The notes under the pieces: generated by a model
Databases searched by the model: none
What the model saw: the letters and a program-made list of their open reading frames with translations, nothing else
What the model was told of the DNA's origin: nothing
NCBI GenBank assembly: GCA_964019335.1
Contig: OZ025659.1
Span: 744,001-808,000 of the forward strand
Length of the DNA: 64,000 nucleotides
Source: Diplonema japonicum
Lineage: Eukaryota > Protista > Euglenozoa: Diplonemea
Direction of reading: 5' to 3'
In this document: piece by piece, positions 12,901 through 23,808 of the stretch
Numbering within the stretch: position 1 is the stretch's first letter
Layout: each line of letters begins with the position of its first letter
Program-made: the position numbers and the translations under genes

Positions 12901-13416
12901 CGACAGCACACAACGCACAGGACATGCCCACTAACGTGCCGAGTGAGATTGTGAAGAACCTGCCTGAGGGTGTGGAGGTATGTTGTTTAAGGACATGCGT
13001 CATGAACAACAGGTTGCGTCCAGCACATCATCCGAGTCTTGCACCAAGTACAGGCGCGCGTCGATGGTATGCCCTTTGCCGCCCCAACCTTAAAAAACCT
13101 TATGCAGGTGTCGATGTCTACGGTAAAGTCGGGCAAGTCGGCTAAGTCGAAGAACGGCGAGACACGGCAAAACGGGCACAGCGAGAAGGCTGAGGATACC
13201 CTGATGGCCATGGTGCTGAGCGAGGGTGTGGACTCTGATTTTAAAATACCCAGTGAGGGGTTTGAGGGTTTGGTATGTATCTTTAAGAACACGGGCCGTG
13301 TACAAAAAAAAAAAAAAAGAAAAAAAAAAAAAGGAACACATAAAACCGAACACTACTGTGGAAAGCAGCAGCTCCGAAGCGTAGACGCAAAAAGAGACAA
13401 AAAAACCTTTTCATAA
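6980..13416 (+). CDS. Large protein with five tandem PH-like (myosin TH1-like) repeats, Pro-rich linkers and coiled coil; introns 12299-12331 (in frame), 12887-12920, 12978-13012, 13067-13107; 3' end uncertain
   Basis: Repeated unit such as RVVEKKSAKGQFQKRVIALT...IKR...(S/T)xD(x)RN. Removing the introns keeps the frame open. A further GTATG at 13273 may start another intron. Confidence 0.7.
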
Positions 13417-14718
13417 TGTCATACCAGTAACAAAAAAAAAAAAAAAAAAAAAAAAAGAATTTGAGCTTTTCATTCTCTACTTTTTCGTGCGGGCTTTCGG
13501 AGGGGGAGGAAATGTGTTTTTCTTTTTTTTTTTTAATTTGGGTAAGAGAAATAAAAAACGAATAAAAAAAAGGGGGGGGGGGATTTTGGAATAGCGTGTC
13601 TATACCTTCCGTTCAGCAGTTCTGCATCCACTGTATGTACTCCCTCTTTCCCTTCCCCTATTCCCCCCCCTCCCCCCTTGCTGTGTCGAGCTTTGCTGTT
13701 TCGGTACACTGTTTCTTGTTTCCTCATCTTTGTGGCACTCTCGATGCCCCTTCTCGTTGCCGTTCTTTCCGTATATTTCCCCCTTGTTCCACTTACATAA
13801 GGTGATTGAAGCATTTTCGGCCGTTAAAAAGAAGGGGGGAAAAAAAATGACCCGAACAAAAAAATTTTTCGAAAAGTTACTAACAGTTCCCTTCCTCTTT
13901 TTTTTCTTCCCCTTTATTCTTTTTTTTAGTGGGGAGGGGGGGGGTTGATGCTCTGCTATTTACCTTACTGGTTATATGGAGCCTTTCTCTCACAAAAAGA
14001 AATTGTCCTATTTTTTCTTTTCTTTTTTCCAAAAAAAAAACTTTTCATTGTATTGTCACCCCCCCCCCCGCCTCCCCGCTCCCTCCCTCAGTCATCCATC
14101 ACAACTTGAACACGGATTTGAACCAGAAAAAGATTTTTTTTAAAAAAAAAAAACCCGTAAACCCGATGAAGTGCAATCGCTTTAAACCATGAACGGCAGA
14201 AAATACTCTTTTCCAGTAGAGATCCAAAGGATGGGACCTCGCTCCACGATTTCCCCCCCCTTTTTTTATTCTTTCGATGTGGCCTTTTTTTTTTTCTTCT
14301 TCCAGTTTAAAAAAAAAAAATGAAAATGATTAAAACTTATTATGCGGGGGAATGATTCTGCAAGTTGATACCGCCGAAGATCACCTTGATCTTTTTTCTG
14401 CATAATTAGCTTTTAGCAGAATCATCTATTTTTTTCTTTTTTTTTTTTGCAAAACCATGGGGGTTCCCTATGCTCTCTGGCGTCCCGTGTCCCGTCGCGG
14501 CCCACTGGTTCTCTCTAAACAAAAGGTGCGAAAAGGGGAGTAAAGAGGTGCGGCTTCCCCTCCTTTTAAATCCACCCCCCTTTTCCTCCTCATCAGTTAA
14601 GTACGTTCACAAGCTTCGGGGTAAAAAAAAGAAAAGAAAAAATGGAAAATAAAATAAAAAAAAAGAAAATGCAACAAAAATAGGAAATCCGCTATATGAA
14701 TCACTGCGTTAACCATCT

Positions 14719-14752
<34 letters not shown>

Positions 14753-15255
14753 AAAAAAAAGCGAAACAAAAACAAAAAAAGATAAGGACAGGGGGGGGGG
14801 GGGAAGAATTTTTGATGAAGATTTTTTTTGTTAGTAGGTGACTGTCTTTAAAAAAAGGGGGGGGGAATGCAGAATCTTTTGAAAGATGAAAGAAAGATGA
14901 AGAAAAAGAAAAGAAAATGAAGAGAGAAGGAAATAAAAGGAAAGCAAAAGTATCTCTCCATGCGTGATGCCTCTCGAAGGACGTGGTTTCTTCTTTGTTG
15001 CTAGCACTTGTTCCCAATCATAGTGATTTTTTTATATTTTCCCACCCCCTTTCCTAGATGCAGTGGGTGCGTGTGCGTGGTAGTCGATGTTGACAAAAAA
15101 ATGTAAAAAGAGAAAAAGAAGGGGGAAAAAAGACTTTATGAGCCACTAGCTCCATCCCTTTGTCCCTCCATCATCTTTCTCTTCTGGTGTGCCGCACTAT
15201 TTTTTTTTATCTTTTTTTTGACAAAATACGTTTACTGGAATGTCATTCTTCTTAT

Positions 15256-15286
<31 letters not shown>

Positions 15287-15336
15287 CCCTGTTGCTCCTC
15301 ATCTTCTCCATTTCCCTGCTTCTTTCCCACCACCCG

Positions 15337-15382
<46 letters not shown>

Positions 15383-15950
15383 CTTCCTTTCCCGCCACCC
15401 AGGATTCTTTTTTTATCTTCTTCTTCTTCCTTTTGTTTCTCAGTTTTTTATTGTTATTATTCTTGGTCAGAAAAAAAAAAAAACCGGAAAAGGAGGAGGG
15501 GGTGCTTGAATTACAGCGCAAAAACAACAAAGAAAAGAAAAGAAGACTGAAACAATGACTGTAACAAAAGTGAAGAAGAATGCTGAGCTCCCCGCCACCG
15601 TTCAAAAGGCTTTGGGGGGCTACTTTGGGCAGTCCGTACAGCGGAAGAAGGCACTCCAGATGGAAAACCTACAGCTAGCACAGGGCATAGCGGCACTGAA
15701 TTCCAACATTGAACACAAGGTATCACAAGCCAGGATTTAAAAGAAATAAAAAAACTAAAATCAAACCAGGTAGCGCTCGGCCATTCTATTCAAGAGAAGA
15801 AAAGGTGAACCAGCACCATGCCCCCTCCCCCGAAATTAATTACACGCGTAAATATCCTCTTTTTTTTCCCCAGTGTTTTTTTCCCCCTTTTCTTTTTTTT
15901 TTTCTTTCAAGTGATCCTCCTTTACCCATTTATTACACGTAGTTCTTTTT
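13300..15950. repeat. Low-complexity region of long poly-A/T/G/C tracts (long UTR or intergenic island)
   Basis: Many homopolymer runs of 10 to over 40 nt. Confidence 0.8.
15555..15740 (+). CDS. Candidate small protein (61 aa)
   Basis: Coding-like composition inside low-complexity DNA, with a TTACAG acceptor-like site ending at 15516. Confidence 0.4.
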   Translation: MTVTKVKKNAELPATVQKALGGYFGQSVQRKKALQMENLQLAQGIAALNSNIEHKVSQARI

Positions 15951-16041
15951 GTTGCTTTTTTTTGTTCTTGGTGCGGTTACTTCTCGTTTTCTTTCCCTAC
16001 TCTGCAGCCCTTCCTTGTGTACCTCACAGCAGGACGGCAGT

Positions 16042-16425
16042 ATGAGTGGCCTTGATCAGCTGGAAGAGATGTTCAAAGAGGACGCCACCCAAGAGCGGTT
16101 GAGTGCGTTCATGCACAAGGAGGCTGAAGTGAACACTATGTTCACAGAGGCCAGTATCGGCTCAGAGCAGAAGCTGGAGTACACAGAGGTGCATCTCAAG
16201 TACTGCGAGATGCTGGAGAGCATCCTTGAGGGGTTCCTGAGCAGACATACCTCCGTCACGAGGGACGGTGTCCTCAAGGAGCTCGCCTGCATCGACAACA
16301 GCAACGACATTCTTGTTTGCGCCCCTTATATATCAGCAGGGATCGATTACAGGGCCTTCATCGACCTTGTGGCGCAGTGGAAGGCCTCCTATGCGGACGA
16401 GGAGGAGGAGGAAGAGGAAGAATAG
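16042..16425 (+). CDS. ARL2-binding BART domain protein (ARL2BP/CFAP36-like)
   Basis: EQKLEYTEVHLKYCEMLESILEGFL and IDYRAFIDLV segments; acidic tail. Confidence 0.75.
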   Translation: MSGLDQLEEMFKEDATQERLSAFMHKEAEVNTMFTEASIGSEQKLEYTEVHLKYCEMLESILEGFLSRHTSVTRDGVLKELACIDNSNDILVCAPYISAGIDYRAFIDLVAQWKASYADEEEEEEEE

Positions 16426-16500
16426 ATGTTTACAGTCTGACACGAGACACATGACTTTTATTGCTTGTTGTGTTCTTCATGTTCACTCACACAGGTGGCA

Positions 16501-17826
16501 ATGGACCTCGATGGCACAACATGCATCCAAGTGTCCGACTGCCTCAAGGACCGCCACCCCTACAGTCGGAGCGACAGGGGAACGGTCATCAACAGCTCCA
16601 ATGGGTTCGGTCTTGGGGGCATTCAGGACAGCATCAGCACACTCGGAGCGAAAGAAGGGAAGTCTGTGAAACAAAAAGAAGAAGCTCTGGTGCACTTGTT
16701 GAGGAAGTTGTCCAGTGCCGAGATGAAGACGCGCCTTGTCTCGATGGGGTTGCTGCAAGGCTTGAAAGAGGTCACAACACCACCCGGCTCTCTTTCCTTG
16801 AAATGTGACAAACTTGCTTGCGATGCACTGCGGCAGCTGTCAGTGCTTCCCTCATGTATGGCAGACCTGTACGCCAACAACTGCGTCGAGATGGTGGTGG
16901 CCGTCCTGCAGCACCACACGGACCCCACTACACAGCTCGCAGCGTGCAACGCTTTGAAACAGATGTCGGAGATTTGGGACGGCAAAGCCTTGCTTCTAGG
17001 AGAGCCCCTCCCCGAGGGGATGGTGGAAATAGCTGATGATTTGCAGACAACGATGAAGCGGGACAACCTTGCCAGGGGCATCGTCGCAGCGCTGACTTCG
17101 ATCATTCTCCACGAGCACAAACCGCTGGTCACTGCTTCGTTGAAAACGTTGGCGAACCTCACAACCCTTGAGAAAGGGCTGCAGCATGCGTTGTGTGAGA
17201 ATGTGTTTGCAGACATCAACAAACTGCTTGAGAACACAAGTGCGTCGGAGGACTGGATGTTCAACGACGACGCGGTCGAGATCGTGCACCAGTCGGTTGT
17301 GGTGGTCTGGAACATTTCTCTGGACGACTTTGGGAAGGAAAGATCGTTAGAGCTCCCGCTTGTGCCGTACACATTGGGGCGGCTGCTGCACGCTGTGCTG
17401 AAGTACCCTGACAAGCTGATCAATGTGAAGGCGTCCATTGCAGGCGCCATCAGCGCCATGTACGTAAGGGCAGATGCCAAACGCACGTGCCTGACGCCCT
17501 TGCACGACCCACCACTTGTGGAGGCCGGTGCTGAGGTTGACTTGTGCGTACTACTTGTAAAACTGCTCAAGCAAGCGAACGCTCTGTATGGACCCATCCA
17601 AAAGGCTGTGAAGCATGGTGTGGACATCGATGACAGCAACCTCTCACACGTCACGTCGGTTATTGCAAACTGCAACCAGTGCATTAGGCTGCTTTCAGAG
17701 CTGCCGTGTGCGCGCAAGAGGGTCAAGTCGATCTTGGAGAATGAGGACATCTACATACGCAGGCAAATCTTCTATGGAACACACTTCGAAGCGGAATTCT
17801 TACCGCAGGGGGTGAAGACCTATTGA
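16501..17826 (+). CDS. Armadillo-repeat protein, possibly radial spoke RSP14-like
   Basis: Helical ARM pattern (ACDALRQLS, ACNALKQMS, SLKTLANLT, VVWNIS). The RSP14 resemblance is from recalled N-terminal similarity only. Confidence 0.6.
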   Translation: MDLDGTTCIQVSDCLKDRHPYSRSDRGTVINSSNGFGLGGIQDSISTLGAKEGKSVKQKEEALVHLLRKLSSAEMKTRLVSMGLLQGLKEVTTPPGSLSLKCDKLACDALRQLSVLPSCMADLYANNCVEMVVAVLQHHTDPTTQLAACNALKQMSEIWDGKALLLGEPLPEGMVEIADDLQTTMKRDNLARGIVAALTSIILHEHKPLVTASLKTLANLTTLEKGLQHALCENVFADINKLLENTSASEDWMFNDDAVEIVHQSVVVVWNISLDDFGKERSLELPLVPYTLGRLLHAVLKYPDKLINVKASIAGAISAMYVRADAKRTCLTPLHDPPLVEAGAEVDLCVLLVKLLKQANALYGPIQKAVKHGVDIDDSNLSHVTSVIANCNQCIRLLSELPCARKRVKSILENEDIYIRRQIFYGTHFEAEFLPQGVKTY

Positions 17827-17907
17827 CAGCGTTTGACGGTTAGTGTTAATAAAGCTTTATTATTATTTGCCATACACCCTTTACTCACCACAGGCACCGG
17901 CAATACT

Positions 17908-19237
17908 ATGCGCCCCGTTCAGAAGTGGTTGGTGCTTGCTGCCTTTTGCTACAACACGGCATGTAATTCTTTCATGTTCATGGACTTTGCCACTGTCGGA
18001 GAGTATGTAATAACAAGAAGCCACATGACACCCGCACAGTGTTTCGAAAGAGGAGTTCGGTATTGGTGACTCCGCCTTGAACTGGCTGTACTCCGCGTCG
18101 CTTCTGTCGGTGCTGCCCATTGCTTTCCCCGTGTCGTTCTACCTAAACAAGTACAACATGCTGACAACTGGCTACGGCGTGTGTATGAATGTGCTAGGCG
18201 GGTGGCTGAGGTACTTCTCTGCAGTGCATTCGAACTACACTCTTGCTGTGATATCCTCGATCGCTATTGGGCAGGGCGCTGGTGTTATCATCACCTCTGT
18301 TGCGCACGTCCCGCAGAGTTGGTTCCCCAAACAGACGAGGATGCTCGCAACGTCGATTGGTGTGCAGGCCAACTACGCAGGGTGGTGCCTGGCGACTGTG
18401 CTCCTGCCGTACACAATCAACAATACGGCCGATCTGGAGCGCCTGCTTCTCATTCAAGCCATCATTGTGTCGGGGGCATTTGTGATGTTCATAGCGTTCC
18501 ACAGGGCTCCTCCGGCTGAAGTCGGAACCAGCAAGAGCCTCACAACTAAGGACGCAGTCAGCAATAACTTGCCGTTCTTTGCAGAGTTCTCGCGAGTCAT
18601 CAAGGAGCTTGCTTACAACAAGAAGTTCCTTGTGGAGCTGATTGCCTTCTCCATCCTGGGTGGGGTGTCCTTCACCATCCCCGCTGTGCAGGGCGAAGTG
18701 TTCGACAACTTTGACACGAAAGAGACAGCGTGGACCAACTTTGCGTTTGTTTTCTCTGGTGTTGTGGGAGGGCTGATCTTCGGCACCGTAAAACCGGAGT
18801 ATGTGGACAGAATCATCACCGCATGCTTCGTGTTGTGCAGCGTGGGGCTGACGTTGCTGGTGGCGCTGTCGTATGTCCCGTCGGAGCACATCTCCTTTAA
18901 GACACAGTACATTCTATCGATTATCCTGATGGCGGTGTCGGGGTGTTCGTCTCTTGGGTTCATTGGGCCGGCTCTTAGCAAAGCCTGCAGAAACGCGCAT
19001 CCAATCAGCCATTCATGGTCAGGGGGTGCAGTTGAGTGGTGGATCCAGTTGTGGGGCACTGGGCTGACGCAGATGTCAGTCGTCGTGAATTTCAGCGGGT
19101 GTGCGGTGTCAGCCATCCTTGGGACCATCTTGATCCTGGCTGAAGACTCCATCGTAGGGAACAACAACGAAGATGGCGAAGCCCTTGCACACATCAACGA
19201 GGTAGCACATGAAGAAGAAGATGGGATCGAGAGCTAA
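17908..19237 (+). CDS. MFS transporter (FLVCR/SLC49-like); intron 18003-18039
   Basis: About 12 hydrophobic segments; KWLVLAAF, NWLYS, GGWLRY and SWFPKQTRMLATSIG motifs. Splicing joins the two ORFs in frame. Confidence 0.8.
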
Positions 19238-19551
19238 AGGAGGCGGGGGGAAAAGATATCTTTATAAATGCTCTCACTGTCAAGAAAGGGATGAAAGATA
19301 AAAATGTGATTAGTGCCTCTGCTTCAAGCCACGTGTGATCAATGTCCGTTTCAAGTAACGTGGCGGTCGGCTCTCTCCCTCACCCCTTTCTCTTTTTTTT
19401 TTAATAAACTGGAAAAGAAAACAAAACAGAACAGTGCAGCACGTGTAAATTATTTTGGCCCTTTGACGCCAGATCGACACACTCGCTGATCGGAGTTAAA
19501 AGGGCTAGGCGAAGGGGGGAAGGAAAGTCTCGGGGAGGGCGTCGGCCTTTT

Positions 19552-19601
<50 letters not shown>

Positions 19602-20693
19602 GCGAGGTCACTTACCCCGACTTTGCATCACAATCACCTCTTTTTTATTTTCTCATTTGGCGAAAATCCTCCGTTATTTTTAGAAGAAAAATAGTGGGGG
19701 GAAGAAGGTAGCAACACGCGTGTGGTACCTGGCACGGGTAGTGGTTTTCTCTTTTTTTTTTTGTTCTGTTTGTGGTCTCCTAACACCCCCTTCCCTCCCT
19801 CCTCCCTTTTTTTAAAAAATACTGCTAATGGGAACTTTCTGGGGTCGTTCTGAGTCATTTTGGCTACTGAACGCAAGGAGGGGGACACTTCACCCGATTT
19901 ATTTTCCCTTTCGCAGCAAACAAAGAAAAATCGGAAGATATAAAAGTTGTTAAAATGGGGAATGTATACAAAAAAAGAAAAAAAGGCACGTTGTAGTTGC
20001 ATTTCCTGTGTGAAGATTTAATTAAAAAAGGGGGAACGAATGCAAGAGAAAACAAGGAAAGGGAAGGATGATAATTAGGTAGGCGAAAAATCGTTCACCT
20101 TTATACGTGCTTGTGCTAGTGTTTTTCTTTTCTTTTTTTCCTATTCTTCTTTAACCTTCCTGTGCCCACTGCTGACTGGTTTTCACCTTTTTTTCGCTTT
20201 AAAAAATGGAATTCTTGCATTCTCAAAGAAACTGGCCCTTTCAGATGAACACCAAAAGAAGAATTAGAAAAGTAGGGCCCAGACTTTTCAAAGTAAGTTT
20301 TCAATCGTCCAAAAAAAAAAAAATGATTTTTTTTTGGACGAAGGGGTGCAGGAAGGTTAAATGCTTTGTTGTGTGATCGTGTTTTTTTGTCTGTTTGTTT
20401 TGTGCGTGTTTTAGGGCAGCTCCACAGGCAGTTTACTTCCCCCCCCCCCCCCCCCTCCCTATTTTTTAGTAAAGTGCCACCTCACTTCATTTCTATGTCA
20501 ATGGTGAGGCACACAGCCATGCTGCTCCATCAAACAAGCACGGCGTGCCGGCCTCCTGGACGTAGCCCTACAATTAATACTCAGCATAAGGTAGCTACTT
20601 ACGGTGTTTCGTAAGTTTGTTTGGTCTCTTTCCGCTCTTTTTATACTTCCACCCTTTCGCACCCTTCACTGTCTCGCAGGGTTATCAAGCTAC

Positions 20694-23056
20694 ATGGCAA
20701 CATCTCCACGTGCGTCGGGCACCCTGAGTGCTGGCAAGATCTCATACCAGGAGGTGAAGGAGCACAACAAGCCTGAAGACTGCTGGATGATTATCTGCGG
20801 AAAGGTCTACAACTTGACCTCCTTCGCAAGCGAACACCCGGGCGGTGAGGCCGTCGTGACGGAGCAGGCCGGGCTTGACGCGACAGAGCCCTTCCTCCAC
20901 GCACACCCCGAGAGCATTATGAAGCTCACCCTCGGCCCCAAGGGTCTCCAGGAGTGCTACGTCGGCGATGTGGACATGGCCACTGTCCCCGATGATGCAA
21001 AGAAGGCCACCAAAGTCGCTGCCGTGGCCCCCGAGGCCGTCCTGGACCCCGTCCCTCCTATTGAAGCGGTCCTCAACCTCCATGACATAGCGGCCATTGC
21101 ACAGAACAAGATGCTTGCAACGGGCAAGAAGCAGGCGTGGGATTATTACTCCTCCGGCGCAGACGACGAACTCACCTACAATGAGAACGTGAACGCCTTC
21201 CAGCGCATCTGGCTCAAGCCACGTATCATGGTGAACGTCGCGAACGTGAACACGGAGGCTACCATGCTCGATGTGAAGGCAAAGTTCCCCGTTTACCTAT
21301 CTGCTGTGGCAATGTGCGGCATGGGGCACTCAGACGGTGAGTGCGCCTGGATGCGAGGCGCAGCTGCCGCCAACGTGCCCTTCATGATCCCCAACCTGTC
21401 GTCGAAGCCTTTTGACGAAATTGTGAACGCCTCGGCACCCGGGCAGGAGTCGTGGTTCCAGATCTACGTCAACCCCGACAAGAGCGTTGTAGCGGAGCAG
21501 CTGGTAGCACTTGAGAAGGCAGGTGTGAAGGCTATCTGCCTGACTGTCGATTCTGCTGTCCCGGGGAAGAGGGAGCGTGACTTGAGGAACAAGATCGCGA
21601 TGCAGCTCGGTCAGCAAAAGCAGCAGTCGGCCGCAGCAAGCAACACCAAATCGAGGAAGGCAGGGAACTACGCCAACAGAGACCCTGCTCTTAACTGGGA
21701 AGACCTTGCGTGGTTCAAGGAGCACACCACGATCCCTATTGTCCTGAAGGGTGTCCAGTGCGCTGAGGACGCGCTCCTTGCTGCCCAGCACGGGTGCAAG
21801 GGTATCGTCCTCTCCAACCATGGTGGAAGGAACTTGGACACCAGCCGAGCAGGTATTGAGGTTCTGCCTGAGGTGATGGAAATCCTGAGGGAGAACAAAC
21901 TTGAGGACAAGATCGAAGTTTACGTCGACGGTGGCATCAGGAGGGGGACGGACATTCTGAAGGCGCTCGCTCTGGGTGCCAAAGGTGTGGGTCTTGGGAA
22001 GCCTGCTGTCTATGCCATGTATGCTATTTTTTTCCAGAAGTAATCTTACGCAAAATAAACCACAGGTCTGCCTACGGTCATGAGGGTATTACGAAGATGG
22101 TGAATATCTTGCACGAAGAGCTAATCAAAGCCATGCAGCTGTGCGGTGCCACATGCATTGCTGACTTGAAGCCTTCAATGGTGAACCTCAAGTCGCTGAC
22201 CAACCATGTCGACGTGGCACCCATCCCACCCAGCCCCTTCTCGCACGCACCTCCTGTGAAGAACGTGAGGAACCCAAGCGTTGAGGAGAAGAAGAGTGCG
22301 GATCAGATTGTAGCGGAGATCAAAACACTGGAGAAACAGCTTGCTTCGATGGGCGAGAGGGACAGGCATCCTTCGGTCATACCGACGGGGAACATCCTGC
22401 TGTTTGCCACCGCTATGGGCAAGGGCCTGGCGTCATCTATCTTCTCCACTACCCCTGCAGGGTGTCTTCACAGGTCGGCAGTGTTCCTTTTCTTCTTCCT
22501 CATCATACACGCGATGACTAACGCTTCTGTGTTCCTCGGCGGCGATGTGTTCAACGGTGCTTGCCACCTCATCAAACAGAACCCTCTTACGGTGTTCTTT
22601 GAGTACTACCTGCTCCTCGGAGCAGGGCTGCACACCCTTGTGGCGCTGTACTTTACTAAGAACAAGATTAACTACATCATGAAGAACCCCCTGCAGAACG
22701 GGAGGTTGATGCTCAGCTCGATCGGAATTTCAGTGTTCTTGCTGATGCACCTTGACCACTTCAGGTTTGGGGACATTAAGGTTAACGAGGCCGGGCAGCA
22801 CGATTTCTACGCCATGCAGCAGCAGGTGTTCGCGGACCCAGTCAATGTGGTGCTCTACTCATTGGGTTCTGTTGCTTTCCTCGTCCACCTTCAGGCGGGC
22901 TGGCCCAAGACTGTCCTAAAGATGGCCCTCCCTGACACGCAGAGGAAGATCGTTTCTGAGATGGGCCAGGCCCTCGTCATGCCACTCTGCCTCCTTTACT
23001 GCGTCATCCCCGTTATGATCTTCTTGACCTCCAGCGGTTACACAGAGAGCAACTGA
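20694..23056 (+). CDS. CYB2: Flavocytochrome b2 (L-lactate dehydrogenase: cytochrome b5 + FMN alpha-hydroxy acid dehydrogenase) fused to a C-terminal SdhC b558-type membrane cytochrome b; intron 22019-22065
   Basis: HPGG b5 motif; YYSSGADDE, LTVD, KGVQ, SNHGGR and DGGIRRGTD motifs. The splice restores YAMSAYGHEG. The C-terminal TM domain has four spaced His (IIHAMTN, GLHTL, LMHLDHF, LVHLQ). Confidence 0.88.
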
Positions 23057-23360
23057 GGAAACTGATTACGATTACACGTTGATTGACAGGCAGCGCTGTT
23101 CCCACAAGAAATAAAGAAATAGAAAAAGAAATTTTTGACCGATTAATCCCTTTCCGTCATCAACAAAAGCGATTTTCTTTCCCCCCCCCCTTTTTTTTCA
23201 TTGTACCGAGACATTTCCCTCCAAAACTCGGAAAGAAAAAGAGAAAAAAAAGCGGAAATACATACTCCCAGGATGGAGGGCAGCTGGTATTGCTCCCCTT
23301 TGAAAAAGCAGAGTTTTCATTTTTTTATTTTCTTTTCTTTGGACTTTGAACCCTTCTCCG

Positions 23361-23391
<31 letters not shown>

Positions 23392-23808
23392 TTTATTGTT
23401 CCCAGCATACAAAGACCATCATGTGTTGACAGGGATCGACAAACTCCAAAGTGAATGTCTTGAGCTCCCTTTCCTATTGTGCCGTTTCGCTTTTTTTATG
23501 TTTGGCATGGCGTGTAGTATGTCAGCTTTTTTCTTTCCCTTTTATTTTGTTTTCTTTTTTATGCTTTCCCCCCCGCTCCTCATTTTGTTCCCGTGTCCCT
23601 GCCATGGCAGTGGTTATTTTTTCGGATTTCCTTCAGATAGAATTCGGTACAAAGAAAAAAGCTGCAGTACTCGTGCTCCAGCAGTCTCTTGGCATACCCA
23701 CATAAAGTCTGGACACGAAAAACCAAAAAATAATTCCATCCACTTCGTATTCGCTTTTGCAGCCTTCTGCCTGCACCCCTTACCCTTACCCTTGCCAACA
23801 GATGCAAC

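Noticed and set aside
14709-15605. Phe/Lys-rich ORFs on both strands
   Set aside because: Translation artefacts of poly-T and poly-A tracts.
19520-19535. GGAAAGTCT resembling RNase P CR-I
   Set aside because: No CR-V partner nearby.
22097-23056. Treating the SdhC-like ORF as an independent gene
   Set aside because: Its N-terminus completes the FMN dehydrogenase barrel and is joined by a clean intron.
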